Source: an uncultured Roseobacteraceae bacterium (GTDB lineage: Bacteria; Pseudomonadota; Alphaproteobacteria; Rhodobacterales; Rhodobacteraceae). From it: a stretch of DNA of 64,000 nucleotides. The position numbers and the translations under genes were made by a program. The notes beneath the pieces were generated by a model, which saw only the letters and a list, made by a program, of their open reading frames with translations, had not been told where the DNA came from and did no database searches. Shown here one piece after another: positions 57,705 to 64,000 of the stretch (its first letter is position 1; every line of letters starts with the position of its first letter). The stretch lies in assembly GCA_964021915.1 (NCBI GenBank), contig CAXHZK010000013.1:18-64017 (forward strand). The letters are read 5' to 3'.

Positions 57705-59654
57705 ATGGAACTTTTGTCAGAACAGTTGAATTTCAAACCAGAGGCAACTCTGGTGCCTTCAACGTTTTCTGATGAAATTTTCGAGGTGAGCCGCACCATT
57801 ACTGATCCCGAAGTTGCACGGCAGGTTTTTGAAAAGATCACGCCAATCATCCGGAAATACCGAGCGGATAAAAAGCTGGCCATCGCGTGCGGGCTTTTGA
57901 TTGAAAAGCAGCGAATTGGGACTGGAATGCGCGCGCTTTGGGATGATTTGCGGACCCGGTTCCCCGATGACATAACCGCGCTTCGGATGTTGATGCGTTG
58001 GTATCGACGCGATCAGAATGTTCCGGCTGGCATAAAACATATCGCCACCATGTTTCCGGAATGTTGGCGTGATTTGGCGCAAGCGGATCAAGCGCTTACC
58101 GGATTAGCAGAGCTCAAGGCATGGGATGAAGTCGACGAAATAATGCGCACAATTTTGGCGTTTCATCCGGCCGACCGTGCTATCCGCATGAAATATATAA
58201 AGATATTAAACGAACAGGCGCGCTATGTTGACGCTCAAAAGATTTCGACTGGCGTCGTGGGGCGTGACCGAATGGGAGCAGCGTCGCAAAAACTGCTGAA
58301 TTCGGTCGATGAACGTGCTAATACAATGCTGATGCTGGGATTAGAAAGTTCTTCAGATGTGATTTCCACGATTGTCGCCTTGGCGAATAATCCACGGAAA
58401 ACCACGTCTTCTGAAAACGTTGTGTTTTACACAGGCCAACTTGGCACTGGTGGTGCCGAAAGACAGATGACCCGCATCGCAACATCGTTTAAAAAACGGA
58501 TGGATGATGGGGATGACAACGGTCTATCGCCGCATGTTTGGGTCAAACACGCCAATGCGGCCAGCGGTGCTGACTTTTATCTGCCTATGTTGTTAGAAGC
58601 AGGCGTGAATACACGGGTTATCGCCGACGAGCCAAATGTTGCACTCGCGGATTTAACTGACATATCTGACGAACTTGCCGCGTTGATGAAGCTTCTTTCG
58701 CCAGATATTCTGAGCCAGACATGTTCACTGATCCCAATGTTTCGAGAACACAAAACGGATGTCGCGTATCTTTGGCAGGATGGCGGGATTGTGATGGCTG
58801 CACTCGCCGCGATTATCGCCGGCGTCCCACGGATTGTAACATCATTTCGGGGCCTGCCGCCCAACCTGCGCCCAAATCTCTACCGTGATGAGCAACCCGT
58901 ACTTTACGCAGCACTCGCTCGGTTGCCCTATGTCACATTCACGGCCAATAGCCAGAAATCCGCAACTGCTTATGAGGAATGGCTTGGGCTGGCCCCGGGA
59001 ACCGTAATTGCTGTTCCAAACGCTACACCTGCGATTTTGCCGGATGGCGATGACAGTGATGATGCGCTTTGGTCTGACATCACGAACCGCTCGCAGCCCT
59101 GTACGAAGACGGTTATCAGCGTGTTCCGGTTTGATTCAAACAAACGCCCAATTGAATGGGTGAACGCGGCGGCGCGATATTGCAAAAACCACGACGACAC
59201 ACGCTTTGTCATGATTGGTGGGGGCGCGCTATTTGGTGAATGCGAAGAGTTGATTGCTCAATTGGGCCTTCAGGATCGTATTTTCTTGACCGGCATTCGA
59301 AGCAATATCGGTTTTTACATGCATAAGGCAGACATGTTGCTACACCTTGCCCGCATGGAAGGCCTGCCGAACGTTTTGATCGAAGCACAACTCGCAGGAA
59401 CAGCCGTACTGGCAACACCCGCTGGCGGCACCGATGAAGTTGTGACTGATGGTGTATCGGCGCATATTTTGTCTGATTCAGACGTTTTGCCCGAAGATGA
59501 ACTTGATGCAATGTTGGCGAAAATGCTAACCGATGACGTGGCGTTGGCTGAAATGGGCCGCGTTGCAAAAGAACTCGCTGGCAATCGCTTCTCGGTCGAG
59601 ACGATTTTACGCCGCACAACTGACCTCTTTAAACAAATTCCACAGGACACCTAA
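57705..59654 (+). CDS. tviE: TviE-like GT4 polymerase with N-terminal TPR-like region
   Basis: TGQLGTGGAERQ, WQDGG, AGVPRI..FRGLPP, VFRFDSNKRP, EGLPNVLIEAQ, TPAGG match TviE-type motifs. Confidence 0.8.
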   Translation: MELLSEQLNFKPEATLVPSTFSDEIFEVSRTITDPEVARQVFEKITPIIRKYRADKKLAIACGLLIEKQRIGTGMRALWDDLRTRFPDDITALRMLMRWYRRDQNVPAGIKHIATMFPECWRDLAQADQALTGLAELKAWDEVDEIMRTILAFHPADRAIRMKYIKILNEQARYVDAQKISTGVVGRDRMGAASQKLLNSVDERANTMLMLGLESSSDVISTIVALANNPRKTTSSENVVFYTGQLGTGGAERQMTRIATSFKKRMDDGDDNGLSPHVWVKHANAASGADFYLPMLLEAGVNTRVIADEPNVALADLTDISDELAALMKLLSPDILSQTCSLIPMFREHKTDVAYLWQDGGIVMAALAAIIAGVPRIVTSFRGLPPNLRPNLYRDEQPVLYAALARLPYVTFTANSQKSATAYEEWLGLAPGTVIAVPNATPAILPDGDDSDDALWSDITNRSQPCTKTVISVFRFDSNKRPIEWVNAAARYCKNHDDTRFVMIGGGALFGECEELIAQLGLQDRIFLTGIRSNIGFYMHKADMLLHLARMEGLPNVLIEAQLAGTAVLATPAGGTDEVVTDGVSAHILSDSDVLPEDELDAMLAKMLTDDVALAEMGRVAKELAGNRFSVETILRRTTDLFKQIPQDT

Positions 59655-60668
59655 ATGAGAACTGTTTTTGTAACTGGCACCGCCGGATTTATTGGCTTTC
59701 ACCTCGCTCGTCACCTTCTTGATGAGGGGTTCAAGGTTGTCGGATTTGATGCTCTGACAGACTATTATGATGTTGAGTTGAAGAAATCCCGCCATGTCAT
59801 GCTTGAGAAAAACCCTAACTTCTCAGCACATATCGGACAGTTAGAGGACTATGATTTTCTGGCCAAGGTCGTGGCCGATGCGAACCCCGATGTGATTGTT
59901 CACCTCGCGGCACAGGCAGGTGTGCGGTATAGTTTGGAAAATCCGCGCGCTTATGTTGATACGAACCTGACAGGCACGTTCAACCTGATGGAAACGGCTC
60001 GTATTCAAAAAGTTGATCACCTGCTGATGGCATCAACGTCGTCCGTTTATGGCGGCAACACGCAAATGCCATTTGAAGAAACGCAAAAAACCGAGCTGCC
60101 GTTGACGCTCTATGCCGCGACTAAAAAGGCGAACGAGGGCATGGCGCATTCCTATTCGCACCTGTGGCATATTCCGACCACGATGTTCCGCTTCTTTACG
60201 GTTTATGGGCCGTATGGTCGCCCCGATTTGGCGCTATTCAAATTTGTAAAAGCGGCCATCGCGGATGAGCCGATTGACGTCTACAACCACGGAAAAATGG
60301 CACGCGATTTTACCTATGTTGATGATTTGGTGCACTCGATCCGCTTGTTGGTGGATACAGTGCCACCCATGCCGAATGCCGACGCACCAAAGATCGAGGG
60401 TGACAGTTTGAGCCCAGTTGCCCCGTTCCGCACAATGAACATCGGCAACGGCGCGATTGTTCCATTGATGGATTTCATTGACGAAATTGAAAACGCGCTT
60501 GGCAAACCAATCAAGAAAAACATGATGGAAATGCAAAAAGGCGATGTGCCTGGCACATGGGCGAATACCGATCTATTGGAAACATTGACCGGCTACCGGC
60601 CCAATACACCGGTAAAAGAAGGTATTCGGCGGTTTGTCGAATGGTATCGCGACTATTACAAAGTCTAG
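59655..60668 (+). CDS. UDP-uronate 4-epimerase (LpsL/CapI/GAE-type extended SDR)
   Basis: GTAGFIG, AAQAGVRYSLENP, LYAATKK, FFTVYGPYGRPD, QKGDVPGT. Confidence 0.92.
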   Translation: MRTVFVTGTAGFIGFHLARHLLDEGFKVVGFDALTDYYDVELKKSRHVMLEKNPNFSAHIGQLEDYDFLAKVVADANPDVIVHLAAQAGVRYSLENPRAYVDTNLTGTFNLMETARIQKVDHLLMASTSSVYGGNTQMPFEETQKTELPLTLYAATKKANEGMAHSYSHLWHIPTTMFRFFTVYGPYGRPDLALFKFVKAAIADEPIDVYNHGKMARDFTYVDDLVHSIRLLVDTVPPMPNADAPKIEGDSLSPVAPFRTMNIGNGAIVPLMDFIDEIENALGKPIKKNMMEMQKGDVPGTWANTDLLETLTGYRPNTPVKEGIRRFVEWYRDYYKV

Positions 60669-60671
60669 GCG

Positions 60672-61469
60672 TTGATAACCACACCAGCACATATCACACC
60701 GCCTGACACATTGGGCCGTATTGGTATCCTTATGGAAAGGGAGCTGAAAACGCGCTTTTCGGGGGGGGCTCTTGGTTACCTTTGGGCATTTATAACCCCG
60801 ATGGTTTGGATCGGGTTTGTCGTTGTCCTGTTTTGGGTCCTTGAGCGTGTTCCCCCAATTCATGTTGGCGCCGAAATTTTCGTCGCCACCGGCATTTTGC
60901 CTTACATCTTTTTTAGGCAAACTGTTTCGGCGCTCGGTCGTTCTATTCCGTCACAACGGTACATGCTGTATCTGCGGCCTGTCCAAACCAATGACATCTT
61001 GACTGCCACGATGTTGTTAGAAGGTTTCAATGCCGTAATTACTGCAATCGTTGTATTGGCGGGCATCACGCTCGTATTCGGTGTGAAGTTGCCTGCTTCA
61101 TTCGCAAATCTTTTGATGTGTCTGGTAATGGCGTGGTTGTTTGGCTGTGGTGTTGGACGATTTACAGCGGCGCTCGGGTTGATCAGTGACAGTTTTGCAC
61201 GTTCGGTTCCATTGATCTTGCGACCCATGTTCTGGCTATCCGGTATTTTCTATACCGCTGCAGAACTGCCGGAACAGGCGCGTGATCTGTTATGGTATAG
61301 CCCATTGCTTCATATCGTAGAGTTGACCCGAGAAGCATATTTTATCGGCTATGTTTCACCAATTTCCACTGCGCTTTATCCGTTGGGCGTAACTGCAATA
61401 TTCTTCCTCGTGTCGATCCCAATTGAGCGGTTCGCAAATAAGCGGCGCATTACGCGGCATCGATTATGA
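60672..61469 (+). CDS. vexB: Capsule ABC-2 permease, VexB-like
   Basis: RELKTRF, GILPYIFFR, LRPMFWLSGIFYTAAELP, SPLLHIVELTRE; 265 aa, TTG start. Confidence 0.75.
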   Translation: MITTPAHITPPDTLGRIGILMERELKTRFSGGALGYLWAFITPMVWIGFVVVLFWVLERVPPIHVGAEIFVATGILPYIFFRQTVSALGRSIPSQRYMLYLRPVQTNDILTATMLLEGFNAVITAIVVLAGITLVFGVKLPASFANLLMCLVMAWLFGCGVGRFTAALGLISDSFARSVPLILRPMFWLSGIFYTAAELPEQARDLLWYSPLLHIVELTREAYFIGYVSPISTALYPLGVTAIFFLVSIPIERFANKRRITRHRL

Positions 61470-62146
61470 TAAAACTTCACGATGTAAGCATTTTTAGACC
61501 CGGAATTCGGCCAGGTGACCCGATATTGCTCAATGCAAATACGAGGTTTGGTACGGGTGAGCGTATCGGCATTTTGGCAAAAATTGGCACGGGCAAATCA
61601 TCCATTGCGCGGATGCTGTCGGGGGTGGATGAGCCGGATCAAGGCCATGTCGAACGTCAGGGCCGTGTTAGCTGGCCCATTGGCTTTGCAGGTTTTCTGC
61701 ATCCAAATTTGACGGTTGCCAAGAACCTAGAATTTTTCGCCCGTCTCATCGGCATGCCGGTTGAGCAAGTCATCGATTTTTGCGACGAATTTTGCCAGCA
61801 ACCCGGACTACTTTCGAAATTTGTAAAAGACCTTACACCGACCCAACGCGCAATGTTGTCCTATAGCTGCGCTATGGTTGTTGACACGCCAACCACCTAT
61901 ATCGCTGATGAGGTTATTGCGGTCGGAGTCGCTTCAGATCGTGAGAGATGTGACGAGGTGCTGTTTGAGCGTCTTCAAACAGGTGGATTGGTATATTTGT
62001 CGCGAAATATCAGGCAGATCGAACGCTATTGCGACCGCTATTATGTTTTTATCAACAATCGTCTTATTCCGTGCGATGATTTAGTTGCTGCGCAACGCGC
62101 ACTTGACCGCACTACGACACAGCCCAAAGAGCAAGAAAATGTCTGA
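61466..62146 (+). CDS. vexC: Capsule ABC ATP-binding protein, VexC-like, with degenerate motifs
   Basis: IGILAKIGTGKSS, SWPIG, YIADE, PCDDLVAA. Confidence 0.72.
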   Translation: MIKLHDVSIFRPGIRPGDPILLNANTRFGTGERIGILAKIGTGKSSIARMLSGVDEPDQGHVERQGRVSWPIGFAGFLHPNLTVAKNLEFFARLIGMPVEQVIDFCDEFCQQPGLLSKFVKDLTPTQRAMLSYSCAMVVDTPTTYIADEVIAVGVASDRERCDEVLFERLQTGGLVYLSRNIRQIERYCDRYYVFINNRLIPCDDLVAAQRALDRTTTQPKEQENV

Positions 62147-63470
62147 TCCGCAAACACCCGAAGAAAAAGAAGCGATCCGAATTGCAGCGTGGCGCGCCGA
62201 GCGTGCACGCATTGCAGAAGCAGAAAAGGCAGAAAGGGTTGCGCAAAAGGCAGCCGAAAAAGAAGAATCTGCAAGAGCCGTTGAGGCCCAAACAGAACAA
62301 GCAACGCAAGACTTATTGTCCAAAGCCGCGCTTGCAGATCGGAACATTGGAAAATCAGCCAATATAAAACGACCTCGGTTCATGTCGCGGGTCAGCTTGA
62401 TTTTTCGAGTATTGATCATCGTGATTTTGCCATTTGTGGCAGCGACCTATTATCTATTCTACGTCTCGACCCCGCTCTATGAGGCGCAATCTGTGATCGC
62501 TATTTCCAAGTCGGATAGCGGCGGGAATAATAGCAGTTCGGGTGTTTTGGGGGGCATGCAGCGCTCCGCAAACCTTTCTGAGATGTTCCGTGCACACGCC
62601 TATATCCGAAGCCAGGCGCTGATGGATGCCCTTGAACTGGAAACAGGCTTTGTAACGGAATTTAGTAGCGAAGCGCTTGACCCCATAAGCCGGCTGCGTG
62701 ACATCAACTTTTTGTCTATTAGCAAGTTGATGCAGTTTGATCGCTTTGTGGAATCGACGGTGGATCTTCAAAGCGGCCTCTTGACCCTATATGTTCGGGC
62801 ACCAACGCAAGACCATGCAATCAAAATTTCGCGCGCGGTCCTCAACGAAACAGCCGTTCAGGTGAATGTTTTGGGGCAAGAAATATTTGATCAACGCCAA
62901 GCCCACGTGTCTGATGCACTAAAGTCTGCACAAGAACAGCTGTCGCAAGCCCAAGCTGACCTCGTTTCATTGCAAATCGAATATCAGGAAGCCGACCCGC
63001 GCAATCGTGTGGAAAGCATTTATACGACGATCCGTGATTTGGAGGCCCAAGCCCAAGAACTTAGTAGCACAATCCAGACCGCTCAGATTTCGGGTGTTGG
63101 CAGCAGCCCACAAACGGTGCAAGCCATCGCACTGGAGGCCCGTATTCGCGAGAGAATTGAAACCGAAAGGGGGCGCCTTGTTGAACCAGCAGGGGATGGG
63201 GAAGTATCTTTAAATACGTTATTGATTGAGTTTGAACTTGCGAGCCTCAATGTAGGGCTAGCCCAAGACGCTGTCAGAACGGCTCTTGGGGCGCAATCAC
63301 GGGTCGGACAAGAGGCGGCGCTCAATCGCAGTTTGTTTCAGATTGTCGTGCCCCCGCGGACTGCAGCAACCCCAATTTATCCAAAAATTCCAAGTTCGCT
63401 TGCTCTTGTATTGCTAGTCTCGCTAATGATTTTGGCCACTATGTCTCTATTTCGGACACGGACTTATTGA
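62139..63470 (+). CDS. vexD: Capsule export polysaccharide co-polymerase (PCP-3), VexD-like
   Basis: Charged N-terminal extension (RIAAWRAERARIAE), TM, VDLQSGLLTLYVRA, ADPRNRVESIY, C-terminal TM. Confidence 0.78.
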   Translation: MSDPQTPEEKEAIRIAAWRAERARIAEAEKAERVAQKAAEKEESARAVEAQTEQATQDLLSKAALADRNIGKSANIKRPRFMSRVSLIFRVLIIVILPFVAATYYLFYVSTPLYEAQSVIAISKSDSGGNNSSSGVLGGMQRSANLSEMFRAHAYIRSQALMDALELETGFVTEFSSEALDPISRLRDINFLSISKLMQFDRFVESTVDLQSGLLTLYVRAPTQDHAIKISRAVLNETAVQVNVLGQEIFDQRQAHVSDALKSAQEQLSQAQADLVSLQIEYQEADPRNRVESIYTTIRDLEAQAQELSSTIQTAQISGVGSSPQTVQAIALEARIRERIETERGRLVEPAGDGEVSLNTLLIEFELASLNVGLAQDAVRTALGAQSRVGQEAALNRSLFQIVVPPRTAATPIYPKIPSSLALVLLVSLMILATMSLFRTRTY

Positions 63471-63733
63471 TTTTGGAACGCGGACAGTAGCTTGAAGTGC
63501 GTTAACTGAAAATCCGCTCGGACATTGGCTGAAAGTTTTTTCAAATAATTTCGACCTGTAGCGCGGTTATGGGTCCAGAGGGTTTGAGGAGTGCTAGCGT
63601 AGTTGTCTGCCCCCACATGTCTTTGCAACCATATGCGTGTCAGCTCATGGGTCTCTGGCTTCGACAGGATTGTCAGACGAACCGGGAATTCGCGGTCGAT
63701 AGTCTCAAAACGATGCGGTTTTTTAGCTCCCAT
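63464..63733 (-). CDS. Small hypothetical protein (89 aa), probably SOS-regulated
   Basis: ORF starting MGAKKPHRFETIDREFPVRLTI..WLQRHVGADNYA with a LexA box 5 nt upstream of the ATG. Confidence 0.6.
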   Translation of the reverse strand: MGAKKPHRFETIDREFPVRLTILSKPETHELTRIWLQRHVGADNYASTPQTLWTHNRATGRNYLKKLSANVRADFQLTHFKLLSAFQNQ

Positions 63734-63738
63734 GCCCG

Positions 63739-63753
63739 GAACGTTTAGTGAAC
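63739..63753 (-). promoter_or_regulatory. Alphaproteobacterial LexA (SOS) box
   Basis: GAAC-gtttagt-GAAC on + (GTTC-N7-GTTC on -), an exact match to the known direct-repeat consensus. Confidence 0.75.
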
Positions 63754-63858
63754 ATGTGATTGTTCATAAAGCCCAAAATTGCTATACTCGCTTTTATGAC
63801 AGATGAGTATCTTGTGACTTCGAACCATAAATTAGGATTTGTCATAACTTGGCGCATA

Positions 63859-63874
63859 GGCGGTGAGGGGGGGA
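63859..63874 (-). other. Possible tRNA-Ser 3'-end remnant (att-like)
   Basis: Minus strand reads TCCCCCCCTCACCGCC, fitting tRNA positions 60-75 of a tRNA with a GGTGAGG acceptor stem and G discriminator. Confidence 0.35.
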
Positions 63875-64000
63875 GTTCATTCTTTCAGAGGGAAGATGCA
63901 GGTACCGGCATGGGATCGAAATTTCACACTCCCACAATTCAGAGATTTTGGAACTCGTCCCTAAGAACAATCAAACTTTGCTATAGATTTCGTAAAAAAC

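Noticed and set aside
59655-60668. Calling the epimerase tviC
   Set aside because: Motifs fit the LpsL/CapI/GAE group rather than TviC/WbpP, so no symbol was given.
60672-63470. Generic KpsM/KpsT/KpsE group 2/3 capsule exporter
   Set aside because: No kpsC/kpsS/kpsF nearby, and the degenerate ATPase signature and charged PCP N-terminus fit VexC/VexD better; alignment is still needed.
1-64000. CRISPR arrays, rRNA, intact tRNA, transposases, integrases and prophage genes
   Set aside because: No regularly spaced repeats, no full cloverleaf and no such ORFs found by eye; small RNAs could have been missed.

Overview
Chromosomal segment of a Roseobacter-group alphaproteobacterium (Yoonia/Loktanella-like; inferred from gene content and order). 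Most of it is ordinary core and metabolic genes: end of rpoA-rplQ, rarA-crcB-rluA-HAD-ATP12, aapJQMP, P450, arfB, lolA, hspQ, ggt, thiolase, msrC, a glycine-betaine/C1 cluster, ctpA-envC-gpmI-rlmH-rsfS, leuCD/leuB, mipZ, a DEAD-box helicase, a DddQ-type DMSP lyase and a GH1 beta-glucosidase. Accessory parts are a solitary PD-(D/E)xK nuclease after rplQ, a partial Wzc-type EPS module (28.8-34.5 kb) and, most notably, a seven-gene operon at 54.7-63.5 kb. That operon resembles the Salmonella Typhi viaB (Vi antigen) locus gene by gene: tviB, tviD, tviE, epimerase, vexB, vexC, vexD. It has an LpsL/CapI-type epimerase instead of TviC, and no vexA, vexE or tviA in the window. Next come a small gene with a perfect alphaproteobacterial LexA box and a possible tRNA-Ser 3'-end remnant. 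No intact rRNA, tRNA, transposase, integrase or CRISPR array was seen. All family assignments come from motifs read by eye and from remembered reference sequences; no searches were run.
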